Shown here one piece after another: positions 13,001 to 23,405 of a stretch of 64,000 bases of DNA. The notes under the pieces were generated by a model that saw nothing but the letters and a program-made list of their open reading frames with translations, did no database searches and was not told where the DNA came from. Every line of letters starts with the position of its first letter. Position 1 is the first letter of the stretch. Location: assembly GCA_043228905.1 (NCBI GenBank), contig JBHGNT010000018.1, positions 124,001 to 188,000 on the forward strand, written 5' to 3'. The translations under genes were made by a program, and so were the position numbers. Source of the stretch: Azolla caroliniana (Eukaryota; Plantae; Polypodiophyta).

Positions 13001-14111
13001 GGCACCGCGACAATGGTACAAGAAGTTCGACGACTTCATCCAATCGATCGGCTTCTCCAAAAGCGATGAGGACCATTGTCTCTTCACCAATACAGCTCAA
13101 GATGGATCACCCATCTTCCTCATCATTTACGTGGACGACATGCTAATTTCTGGACGCCACGCGGGCGAACTTGCCGATCTCGTTCGGCAACTGCGGTTGA
13201 AGTTTGCCATGAAGGACCTCGGTCCGGCACGACACATCCTTGGCATGAAGATTAGTCGGCATCGCGATAAACGACATCTTTTTCTGTCTCAGACCGACTA
13301 TATCCGACGTGTCTTAGAACGCTTCAACATGCAATCAGCCAAATCTGCTTCAACCCCGCTCCCTATGAATCTTCGGCTCTCTCAGCGAGACTGCCCGACA
13401 TCCGGTCCGGAGGGGGAAGATATGAAGTCGGTACCGTATGCACCGGCAGTCGGCTCCCTTATGTACCTGATGGTCGCGACACGGCCTGATATTTCTCACG
13501 CCGTAGGAGTCGTCAGCAGATTTATGCACAATCCTGGCCGATCGCATTGGAACGCAGTCAAGCATGTGTTCAGATATCTGGCTGGCACAAAAGACCACGG
13601 CATTCTTTTCGGTCCGAACCGAACCTCAGGCGTAGTCGGTTACACCGACTCGGATTTCGCCGGCTGTATAGACAGTCGGAAATCAACAACCGGATACTGC
13701 TTCAAATTCGGCAATGGAGCAATCTCGTGGAAGTCGAAACTTCAGGAGTGCACAGCGACCTCAACGACCGAAGCAGAATATGTAGCTGCGTCCGACGCAG
13801 CAAAAGAAGCTTTGTGGCTCGGTCGGCTGGCGCACACGTTTCGACAAGTCGAACATGACTCGGCTCCAGTTGTCTACAGCGACAGTCAAGGTGCTGTTGC
13901 CTTGTCGAAAAATCCGGTTCACCACAACGCCTCCAAGCATATCGACGTTCGATATCACTTCGTTCGGGACTGCGTCATTTCAGGGAAAATCGGTCTAGAG
14001 AAAATATCCACAACCGACAATGTCGCAGATGGAATGACCAAATGTCTTTCGGCAGACCGCTTTCGGTCTCTTCGGCATCAGATGGGCGTAACGACAAACC
14101 AGTCCGGTTAG
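10098..14111 (+). CDS. Copia Gag-Pol polyprotein (Gag, CCHC knuckle, protease, integrase, RT, RNase H)
   Basis: Motifs in copia order: CNYCKKPGHIKADC, WLLDSGAS, HRRLGH..CEHC, VHSDVCG..RTDNGGEF..QNGIAERMNRT, GKCIFLGY-type RKCIFLGY, KARLVAKG, QLDVKTAFLHG, YVDDML, YTDSDFAG..STTEAEY..NVADGMTK. The first ATG is at 10098; the ORF track starts at a TTG at 10095. Confidence 0.97.
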   Translation: MASTSGSSEMSLRKFDGSNFNFWKEQMQDYLIVKGQIDPIENEEPPEGYKPVEWQKLDRIVRATIRMHLSESVYFTVQSCTTAFELWKTLSDTYEKKVAATKMFLIRRLYNLRMKESDSVQAHLNEYESISSQISSQGTAIEDELRAMILMSSLPSSWETFVTTVCNASTTAVKYSEVTSAILTEAARRKSFAKDSTDDAYVVQGLTDRSNIRGRDSSRPPNNQRRRSQSRDNRICNYCKKPGHIKADCRALKNKNNKKSGRHEEINYVSFSADVLPDDPNILSIENPVGSEVLLTTEESSTWLLDSGASFHVTPHRSQFRQYTIRRSDSVRVGNSQHCDIVGIGTVELNLAGGSTLVLHNVRHVPELTRPLISVGQLDEDGIRAGFSSGGWTLHRGNLLLARGPKIHSLYPLHVTLREGNLFLVDIPVSSLWHRRLGHLSKAGITHLSRAGYIPKLSFSDHQFCEHCQYGKQAATSHPTSAPRESRPLDLVHSDVCGPMPHQSLGGASYFVTFIDDSTRKVWAYLIRTKDRVFSIFTDWLAMVENQTDRKLKCLRTDNGGEFKSEEFVKFCRQRGIRREFTAPHSPEQNGIAERMNRTIQERIVSMLQHSGLSDGFWAEALLTAVHIINMSPSRPLGLQIPQELWNGSKPNYDKLRIFGCEAYALIPKDDRRKLAPRSRKCIFLGYGSDGEMGYRLWDPERRQIVRSSDVVFNESAMNPSVEKPIEVRRVTFSDVPTLQEGPALNTRSASRVAEPYTTDSDNSDSAQQNNPLSDHPTTIPDATSPIMPRRSERLSQPPERYSPGIFFTDAGEPTSYEDASTSVDSATWHLAMESEMHSIRANKTWDLVELPRNRRALPCKWVYRLKETSDSTTPKYKARLVAKGFRQEYGVDFDEIFSPVVKMTTLRFLLGVVAADNLELIQLDVKTAFLHGDLDEEIYMEQPKGFVATGQEHLVCRLRKSLYGLKQAPRQWYKKFDDFIQSIGFSKSDEDHCLFTNTAQDGSPIFLIIYVDDMLISGRHAGELADLVRQLRLKFAMKDLGPARHILGMKISRHRDKRHLFLSQTDYIRRVLERFNMQSAKSASTPLPMNLRLSQRDCPTSGPEGEDMKSVPYAPAVGSLMYLMVATRPDISHAVGVVSRFMHNPGRSHWNAVKHVFRYLAGTKDHGILFGPNRTSGVVGYTDSDFAGCIDSRKSTTGYCFKFGNGAISWKSKLQECTATSTTEAEYVAASDAAKEALWLGRLAHTFRQVEHDSAPVVYSDSQGAVALSKNPVHHNASKHIDVRYHFVRDCVISGKIGLEKISTTDNVADGMTKCLSADRFRSLRHQMGVTTNQSG

Positions 14112-14304
14112 AGCCGGACACAGAGCAGGATGGTTCCCGACAACCGACGTCAGTTCCTTAATGATCGGCTTCAACTGTTCCGACCCGACCAGTTCGGTCT
14201 TCTGCCTTCGGACCCTGCCGACTTGAACAAAGCTGATATGTCCGAGAACCTAAGTCTATACCTGTAATCTTAGATAACCCATGTATACGCCCATTACGGG
14301 GGAG

Positions 14305-14585
14305 TGTCGAATACATGTGTATAATGGACGTATTCACACTATTCCGTTTTGGCCATTTATGAAATTATCATAAAGGGTAGTTGCCCTAAGTCGGTCACTA
14401 TATATAGTGACCTTGTAACCTCTTTGTGAGGTTGGATGTTGTATTATTTGCTTTATGGAATAAAGACTCTTTTGTGCCTCTCTCTCTCTCTCTCTGTGCA
14501 ACGACCTACCTTCTGTCATACGCAGGTACTCAGAACAGAACTGAATGCTCCTTGATCTTCCGCATTGACGACCTCGCTTTCAACA
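14305..14585 (+). repeat. 3' LTR of copia copy A
   Basis: Preceded by PPT CGGGGGAG and followed by TSD AGAGG. Confidence 0.97.
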
Positions 14586-15377
14586 AGAGGCTCCACCACA
14601 ATTCAATGGGAGACCTAATGAGATGAAAGTTTTGTGTGTTGATGTTCATCTTTAAACCACACCAAAGAGAATGATACGACCCTCTAAGAAGACTCCACCA
14701 CCATGCAACAGAAGATGTAATGAGATGAATGCTTTTTGTTGGTGTTCATCTTTAAACCACACCAAAGAGAAGTATACAACCCTCTAACAGGACTCGAGAG
14801 AGTATATGACCCTCTAAGAGGCTCCACCACAATTCAATGGGAGACCTAATGAGATGAAAGTTTTGTGTGTTGATGTTCATCTTTAAACCACACCAAAGAG
14901 AATGATACGACCCTCTAAGAAGACTCCACCACCATGCAACAGAAGATGTAATGAGATGAATGCTTTTTGTTGGTGTTCATCTTTAAACCACACCAAAGAG
15001 AAGTATACAACCCTCTAACAGGACTCGAGAGAGTATATGACCCTCTAAGAGGCTCCACCACAATTCAATGGGAGACCTAATGAGATGAAAGTTTTGTGTG
15101 TTGATGTTCATCTTTAAACCACACCAAAGAGAATGATACGACCCTCTAAGAAGACTCCACCACCATGCAACAGAAGATGTAATGAGATGAATGCTTTTTG
15201 TTGGTGTTCATCTTTAAACCACACCAAAGAGAAGTATACAACCCTCTAACAGGACTCCACCACCATTCAACAAAAGATCTCATGAGATGAATGTTTTTTT
15301 TGTTGGTGTTCATCTTTAAACCACACCAAAGAGAATTATACAACCCTCTAGGAGAACTCCACCAACATTCAACAAAC
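14586..15377. repeat. 231-bp higher-order tandem repeat, right part (two ~100-bp related monomers plus a 30-bp piece), decaying into monomers
   Basis: Units start at 14586, 14817 and 15048 (period 231). The core GTTCATCTTTAAACCACACCAAAGAGAA occurs twice per unit. Confidence 0.93.
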
Positions 15378-16091
15378 AACGAAGAAGGCTAACTGGAGAC
15401 CGTTTGGCCAAATGTGGTTCGACCTTTATAAAGAATGGATAATAAACCCTTACATTACCACATAGAATGCCTAAACCCTAGAACCTAATTCCAACACATC
15501 CGTTAAGATAATTATCACAAAACATCAGGAAACCTCGAGGTTTCTTCAAACTCGCTCACACAAGTCGGGTGTTGAGGTAGCACCATGGCATCATCACACA
15601 ACACGTGTCAAAGATATGCAAGGAATGTAATGAAAACCTAACGTAGGATGAATATCACTTACTTATTGGGCATGCTCAATATATACGGTAATTCATGAGA
15701 AATATGACGACTTCTTAGACGGCCATGATAATGCGAGTGTCATACTCAAATTTCCTCCAAGAAGGGTGAGCATATATATATAGGAATGGGCTATTTGCCC
15801 CCCCCCCCCCCCTCCCCCACCCCCCCAAAAAAAAAAGAAAAAAAAAACTTTTTGGCCCCCCTATTTTGGCTAAACCACCCCCCCCCCCCCCCTCTGATAG
15901 TTCTTCCCCCATTTTGGCCCCCCCAAACCCATTTTCGTTCCTCTCCCCCAACAGAAAAACATTCTCTGATATAGCTTGGCTCCTCCCCCTCCCTCACCCA
16001 AAAAAAAACATTTTGATAGCTCTCTCTCTCACCAAAAAAAAAACATTTTGATAGCTCTCACTTCGTAGCTCAACACATAGTTGTCCCCTCC

Positions 16092-16245
16092 ATTTTGCCC
16101 CCCAAATTTCTAGTAGTTCTCAACATTTTGGCTATTTTGCCCCTCAATTTTCTGGTCATTCTCAACAATTTGGCTATTTTCCCCCCCAAATTTCTGGTAG
16201 TCCTCAACATTTTGGTTATTTTGCCCCCCAAATTTCTGGTAGTTT
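16092..16245. repeat. 42-bp subterminal tandem repeat of the MULE (~3.5 copies)
   Basis: ATTTTGCCCCCCAAATTTCTGGTAGTTCTCAACATTTTGGCT-like unit. CTCAACA occurs at 16119, 16161 and 16203. Confidence 0.85.
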
Positions 16246-16273
16246 TGTTAATCCCCCATTTTGGCTTCACAAC

Positions 16274-17348
16274 ATGTCTCCCCAACCGTCTTCAGCTTCA
16301 ATTATCAATAGAACCTTCACTGAGAGAGGGGCTCTAATCAGTTTTATCAAGGACCATTTCCGTGCTCAAAATATAATTGTTGTGGTGGATAAGCATAGTG
16401 ACAATAGAAAAGTCACTTTCAAGTGCTACTATGGGGGAAAATATCACAACCCTCTAGGCTTGACTGATGATACTCGCAAAAGACAAACAGGGACTCGTCT
16501 AATGGACTGCCCATTCTTCATTAGAGCAAACTTCTCGAAGAAAACTGCCCATTGTATGTTATTGGACTGGTCGCTTCCCTCACTTTGGAATGACCAGCAC
16601 CTCTCGCATTGAAGGCAACCATTATGTTGTCAAGAGGGTTTTAGGCATTGTAAATAACGATCTACTCACTGTATTCAAGAAAATCCATTTACTACTGGAC
16701 ACACAGTTGACAGAATTGAACACCAAAATGGAGTATGACAAGTCTACACAGGCACATCGACATGCACTCGAGTTCATGAGGCCGCTAGTAAAGAAGATAT
16801 CCAAACACGCATTAGACAAGTTATTGGAGCAGTACAAGAAAGTTATTGACAACAATTATGGTGATGAATGTACGGGGTTGTTTCGATCAAGTTTTGGTGT
16901 CCCATGTTGTCATGACATTTTGAGATGCATCCAAAGAAATGAAAGATTCCATCTTGAAGATATTCACTGTCAATGGCACTTGATTGCGTGTTCAATGGTT
17001 CAACACGCCTCTATAGTTGAGCCATGTTTGTCTCCCATAAAGCGTTTGATGAGGAAAATCGAGCAAAGGTTGTATGAAATTGATGATGACCATGTTGTTG
17101 TTCTCATGACACGATTGGATGAAGCAAGTCAGGCACCACTGCAGTCTCTCTCCAATCCAGTGGTGGTAACTAGGAAGCGAGGTCGCCCTGCAAGGTCGAA
17201 GAACAAAAAGGCCAACCAAAGGGAGAAGTCACTATTTGAGTACTCTACCGGTCGCAAATGTTCCAAATGTGATCAAGCTGGTCACAATGCACGCACTTGC
17301 AATATGCATGTGCCCCCTCATTTTGGCTATTTGCCCCTGCAGTACTAA
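16274..17348 (+). pseudogene. MULE (FAR1/MuDR-type) transposase with the catalytic core deleted and a frameshift
   Basis: The FAR1-like N-terminus (FKCYYGGKY..RKRQTGTRLMDCPF) is joined out of frame near 16547 to IVCYWTGRFPHFGMTSTSRIEGNH (motif of the last catalytic E). It continues with a SWIM-like CTGLFRSSFGVPCCH, an AT-hook RKRGRP and a zinc knuckle CSKCDQAGHNARTC. Confidence 0.85.
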
Positions 17349-18983
17349 GAATGTTATTGAGAACAATTCCTTTTTATGTAATAGTTGATAAACCTTTTTA
17401 TGAGGTTGTAAAGTGTAATAGTTGATATATATCACAAAAACATTTTGGTTGAGGTGAGAACTATCAAATTTTTATTTTTATTTTTGTAATACCAAGAAGG
17501 TTGTATTTGACTTCCATTAATATAACTCATTTTATCTATTTGGTACTTCACAACAACAACAACCAAATCACTTGACAAGTCACTGGTTTAATCTCTTTTG
17601 CATCCTCTAGCTGGAAGAGGAACACGGTTTTAACAAAGGACCTCGTACTTAACTATGCCCTATCATTCATTGGGGAATAAGCTTGTTGGAAATTCTAGTC
17701 TACGATTGCCTTTGTCTTAGACAAGCAGATTTGTTCCAACAAGGTATTGTTGTAAGTGTTATTGGGAAAGAAGATATAAACATTCTCCACTTTATTGCCT
17801 ACGTGACTCATAAGTTGTATCTTTAGAGAAGTTTCGGGTTACAATGCTTTGTTTGATCCATGGACATAGCTAGACCTATTTCAGTTGCGTGTTTCTTGTT
17901 TCCACCACCAGACATAAGAGACAACTAACAAACAGTGAATATTGCTAAACAAAACTGAAATATAAGTGACAAAAGATGGTGAATGATGAACATGTTATTA
18001 AATGATACAGAAGACAATGATTTTGCATTGGCATACTATTAACATCACATTATTGTAAGGGGAAAATTAGAATATGGTTTACAATAAGAGATTCATGCGA
18101 AACACAAGCCATCGTGTTTGAGATATTACAAATTCCTAGAAATTCATTTAACCAATGGAGACCTTAAGATGGCCACAAAATGAGATATTCAAGATCGATC
18201 AAAACATCATGTAACCAATTGAGGTTCTATGGGGCTGAGAGGCCCTCTTTTCCCTGATTTCTAAAAACATGCTTCATATCAAAACTTAACCACTGGTTTA
18301 AGATCTATCTATCATCTTCTCTAAGACTCTCCTTTGATCTTGAGAACTCACTTCTGTGAAAGAAGAGAATCTCTCTGGTGGATGCATATATATATATATA
18401 TATATACATAAACGCTCACTTGCTCACTCACACACATCTCCATCTCCATCTTCAATGTGTTCTTCTTCTTCCTCTTCCCTCATCTGTTGCCTGTAGTTTT
18501 GGTGGATCCATGGCAGAAACCCATATAGTGATCAATAAGACCAATAATCATAAGAATCACGATGATAGGGCGGTGGGGTTTAGCCAAAATAGGGGGGCCT
18601 ACGCCTTTTTTTTTGGTGGGGGGGGGGTGGGGGGTTTAGCCAAAATAGGGGGGCGAAAAAGTTTTTCTCTTTTCTTTTTTTTTGGGGGGGGGGGGGGGGC
18701 AAATAGCCCATTCCTATATATATATGTGTATGTTGATTTCACATTGAGATGAGGGTGCTCTCCTTCTAAGGAAGGAGTCAAATACAAGATGATATGTTGA
18801 TTTGGTTCCATACATACATACATATATACATACTCATAGGTCACATTTGGCCTCATCGTGACTAGTCTATTTGATATTCTTCTATTCCAATGGGAAGGGA
18901 ACTTAGGGAAGGGAATGTTGAAGGAAGGGACTTATTACTATGTACATACATACTTACTTCCCCGAGGGGCAGGGGCAGGGGCA

Positions 18984-19086
18984 GGGGCCTAAGGAAAGGA
19001 GGGAGGGGTACTCATGTCAATTCTGAAAAGCTGCGGGGCCTAAGGAGGGAGGGGTACTCGTGTCAATTCTGAAAAGCTGGGGGCCT
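18984..19086. repeat. Short (~44-50 bp) tandem duplication in the XBAT promoter
   Basis: GGGGCCTAAGG..AGGGAGGGGTACTC(A/G)TGTCAATTCTGAAAAGCTG occurs twice, followed by GGGGCCTA. Confidence 0.8.
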
Positions 19087-19301
19087 ATCATCATCATTAT
19101 CACCATCATCGTAAATTGTAATGGTTAAACAGAGCTTTTGGTAGGCGGATAGATACATACATACATACATAGACGCAGTAGATAGAGCGACAAATCAAGC
19201 GAATCCTGCCGCAGAACCTTGGATCGCACGGCGAAGATCTTCCCTGCGATTCTTCCTCTCCTTCTTCCATTTCCCTGCACACCTCGTTGATCCCTGAAGC
19301 C

Positions 19302-22300
19302 ATGGGCTCCGGCCCCTCTAAAGACGAGCTCCTCTACCAGGAAGTGCAGAACGGCAACCATGACGCAGTCAAGTCTCTCCGCCGCAATGGAGCTTCTCTC
19401 GAGGTTATTAAAAGCTCTTCTCGATTGGGTAGAGATGTAAAATTTTCACACACGCATATATGTATGTCTGTATGTATACAGGGGTGTTAGTGAACTAACC
19501 TGATGTAGTGTCTGGTAAGAGTCTAGAGATATTCAAGCGTGTGTATATGGATACGTCTATATGTAGACGACCTTTTACTGCAGAGTGGATGTATATTGTG
19601 TGTCATGTCATGGTTCACTCCACATCGCCATAATTTAACATACACAGCTTGATTGGTGATATTGGGCCCATTTGAAATTCCATTGGCACTCAATATGTAA
19701 CGTGTACAGCTTGTTTTTTCTGTGTAGTGGTTGGATAAAGAAGGAAGGACTCCACTTATTTTAGCCTGCACGCGAGGGGAGCTTTTAGACATGGCTGTAA
19801 CATTGATCAACCTTGGTGCTGACATCGAAGCTTATAGACCAGGTACATTGGCATGATCATCAAAAATTTGATATTATTTGTTAAAATATCTTTAAATATG
19901 TTCAGGATTAGTTTTGCGTATTGTCAGGATCACAAAGAGGAACACCACTGCATCATGCTGCAAAAAGAGGACTTGAGAAAACAGTGACTTTATTACTATC
20001 TCGTGGAGGTAAGTATTCCCGTCACAAATGAATCATATATGGGGGTGTATCTGTGAACTAAAAGTTTATCTTAACTGGGATAACTAAATCACGAATGGTT
20101 TACCATTCACTATGAAATACCATTCCATCTAGCACATAAATTGATGAGTCAAAGTCGTCGTTTTCTCACGAAAGTATTGTTTCGGTTCAATGTAGAGCAA
20201 GTTCTACATAGAAATACGTTCTAGGGCTTCTGTACATAGAGCAAATGTTTTTACAGTACCACCATATAAATTTATCATCCTCATAGACATCCTGTATTGT
20301 CTGGGTCATTCATAACAGAAACTAGAGAGGGTGAAGATGTGTCTATGAGGTTTTTGATTGCATCACCTCAGTGAAGATGTTGATGGCGTTATAAAAAACG
20401 GGTGGTGCAGGTAATGAAAAACTCCTTGAAATAGAAATGCAGCTTTACATAACTAATAAAAGAATGAGGATCGGCTATGGCAAAGACAGGATTTTAGCCC
20501 ATTTCTCAATGGCTTGTGAATGGCTAGCCTTTTCTTCAACCCAATTTGAGCAATGTGCTCAGCTGAGTTTACGAGAACCATGCATTTGATTAGGAGTTTG
20601 AGGATGAGCAGCTCATTTAAGATGATGATGAGGGATCTCATGAGACATACGAGCTCTGCCGATTCTATTGGCGTTAATTTTTCTGTTTTGGCTATCCAGT
20701 TCTCACCCGTTTTAGCCTTTGACTTATTCTTTATAACATATGTAGATTCTAGGGACGAGAAATGAGATTTTTATACAATAAAGACATTTTTTATATGTCA
20801 TCATATGAATTACATTTGCCTTGGTTCAAGGTGGCATATGATTGCCATCAACTGAACTGTATTTTACCATAACCTCAATAATTGCTGCATATAAACGTAA
20901 ATTGTAAATATTTTATATATTCGCAAGTTAACATCTGTGCATGCTGGATAGGGTTGACTGTACAAGCTTTTTTTAGTGCATAAAAAAAAAAATTTGAGCT
21001 CCACACTTTAATCTTCTGGATTATTGTTACTTGCTACTTATTCTTTGATATTCCTAATTGCAGCTAATCCATTGACTATAAATGATGAGGGTTTAACTCC
21101 TCTTCAGATGGCAAGAAATAAGGGTCATGTTTCAGTTGTGCGTCTGCTTGAGGTTGGTCATTAACTATTAACTTATCTTAAAGAAATAGACCATACCCTC
21201 TTACATTTGTAATAGCAACTGCATGCTGCCGTTTGAATTGTATAGAATTCCATCCCAGTATTGCCATATCAATTTAATGATGATTTTGTTTATAGGAGCA
21301 TCTGTGTACTTTTAGTGGAACACTACGAGAGATTTCAGGTCCACGCATTTTGGAGGCAATTGCCCTCAACTTTGTGACAAAAAAGATGTAAGTACCTTTT
21401 CTTCCATTTTTAATTCCAAAACGAGATGTGATCATATAAAGAAAGGTGGATCTAACAAAGAAAATGGACTTCTTGTGGGTTGAGGCCACTGTAGTTGGGC
21501 TGTAGTGCTTCCATGTGAATCAAATCCAAGAAGACCTCCACAGTATGAACTCGCTGTTTATCTGTCAGCCAAGGTTTGCACTCTTTGAATTTTATAATTG
21601 ATCATATCGAACTCAGTTAGGCAAGATATGTTAAACTCGCTGTTTAATCAGGTAGCACAGCCAAAGGTAGTCATTCCCCTATCAAAGGCAGAGATCAAGG
21701 AGCCTAAGTTTAATGTCCCAGATCCTGTGCTGTATATAACAGATGAAAATACTAGTAAGGTTATGTTGCAATTATGCCAATAATTTTTTATTAAATTCGG
21801 AACTTGTTAAAACACTTATTTGTTTATGTGTTTTCAATTATCAGAAACAAAGTATAAATTTCTATCTGAGCAAGAAGGCGATAAAACTCAATTAGACAGG
21901 CTGTACAAGGCATGCAAAGGTGTGAATACAGCTGATCAAAGTAGCCAATCAGCGCCATCTACATCTACATCATCTTCTCATGGAGCAAGTCCATTAAATC
22001 AAAGAGATGACTATAATGGTTGGGGTAGTACTAGTAGCCATAGCCAAGATGGGTGCTACAATGGATGGGGACCATCAGATGGCAAGAAAAAGTCTGAAAA
22101 CCAACCGAAGAAGACAAATTATGGTGGATGGGAAGAACAACTTTCCAACAATGGCTGGACTTCTACTGAAGCAAGACCAAGTACCCCTCAAAGTACTCTC
22201 CAAGAGAGCACAACTTTCCTACCTCAACCATCAGCACCTCCACTCCCGGAGGAATCTTCATTTTTTTCTATGGAAGATCTGCCACTTAATTCACAATCCA

Positions 22301-22497
22301 ACAGCAATAATGTTGATAATGATAATTTGCACGGGATGTGTGTCATCTGTTTGGATTCTCGTGCTGAAGGGGCATGTGTACCTTGTGGCCACTTGGCAGG
22401 GTGTATGGCTTGCTTAACAGAAATACAAGTTAGAGGCTGGGGTTGTCCTGTGTGCAGAGTGCAGGTACAACAAATCATTAAAGTGTATGCAGTATGA
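19302..22497 (+). CDS. XBAT35: Ankyrin-repeat RING E3 ubiquitin ligase, XBAT34/XBAT35-like, 8 exons
   Basis: Exons 19302-19403, 19728-19842, 19928-20008, 21064-21152, 21296-21387, 21495-21573, 21652-21754 and 21845-22497, all GT-AG and in frame. Protein: MGSGPSKDELLYQEVQNGN..LEWLDKEGRTPLILAC..AYRPGSQRGTPLHHAAKRGLE..ANPL..EHLCTFSG..AQPKVVIPL..CVICLDSRAEGACVPCGHLAGCMACL..CPVCR..IIKVYAV*. N-terminal myristoylation consensus MGxxxSK. Confidence 0.93.
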
Positions 22498-23405
22498 TTA
22501 TATACATAATCTTTTCTGTGGCATGCTGATGTTTCAATTTTATTAAGACATTGATAAGATATATGATCATTTGTATATATGCACATTTACTTTTCTTTTG
22601 GGTGGAATGTGAAAAAGTGTCTGAATAGTTCAATCACTTTGTCCTCAAAATTTGACGGAAACTAGTTGATTTCCTTTCCATATTTGCTTGTCACTGGTAA
22701 TGAGGCAACGAGTTGCCTTTTCTCTTACGTATCCCTGAAGCTGTAGGGTACCTAATAAAATAAATCCCTTGAAGGGCATCTTTGCCTGCTTAATCTGTTG
22801 GGGTGTGGTACTTTCTCTATATTGTCATTAACTTTATTCTTTCAAGTGTAGCCTGAAACATTAATGAAAGCAACTAACTATGGTGACAAATTAACTGAAA
22901 TGAAAGCAAAGAATGTACCCATGAAAAGTTTAATTACTGCTACTGCTCATAGCTCATGGTGCATATTGCTCCAAAATTGACATGTTTGTTAGCATTTTCC
23001 TTTTGAAAAAAAAAACACCTGAGTCCATAAAAATCTCAAATGTACGAAGATTAGTTTCAAATCATCTCCAATTTTGTCTAAATGCACTCATCCATTGTTG
23101 CTGTTAGCAGTTAATGGGTCAAAATTTCTTACATTTGCATTTCTTTGCTCCATAGAAAATTTTGTGTGCAAAGCTAAGTTTGTTATGGCAAAGTCCTATG
23201 TAACCTAATATCCGTAATTGATTGTGCTTGCCCTTTAATTATTTCAGAGTTTGTATATGTGATATAATTGAATATCTAACTCAAATATGAGAATGTTCTA
23301 CTTAGACTTGTGTTGTGGCAATTTTGATCTTTATATTTAACAGAAGGCATTGCAACAATCTAAAATAAAAATATAGAACATGCTAACCTAAAGCTGGATT
23401 GTGTC

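Larger units (their letters stand above)
9153..14585 (+). mobile_element. Intact Ty1/copia LTR retrotransposon, copy A (5433 bp)
   Basis: TG...CA LTRs 9153-9433 and 14305-14585 (281 bp, no difference seen by eye), 5-bp TSD AGAGG (9148-9152 / 14586-14590), PBS TGGTATCAGAGCC, PPT CGGGGGAG and one uninterrupted gag-pol ORF. Confidence 0.98.
15783..18714 (+). mobile_element. Non-autonomous Mutator-like element (MULE) with G/C-run TIRs, internally deleted transposase and probable captured host DNA
   Basis: TIRs GGAATGGGCTATTTGCCCCC... (15783) and ...GGGGGCAAATAGCCCATTCC (18714), about 110 bp of inverted similarity. Flanked on both sides by TATATATATA, so the TSD lies within a TA tract. FAR1-type and SWIM-type transposase remnants are inside. 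Confidence 0.88.

Noticed and set aside
10184-13958. Many short antisense and alternate-frame ORFs within the copia elements (also 25732-29506 and 53115-56687)
   Set aside because: These are expected by-products of GC-rich coding sequence, with no recognisable motifs.
8860-15377. Repeat-spacer-like look of the 231-bp array (CRISPR-like)
   Set aside because: The sequences between the conserved cores are themselves repeated and related, there are no unique spacers or cas genes, and the context is eukaryotic.
20300-20760. Coding-like stretch in XBAT intron 3 (and similar stretches at 8420-8810, 6100-6600 and 32400-32900)
   Set aside because: All frames are interrupted and no family motif was recognisable. 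These are probably old TE debris that would need a database search.
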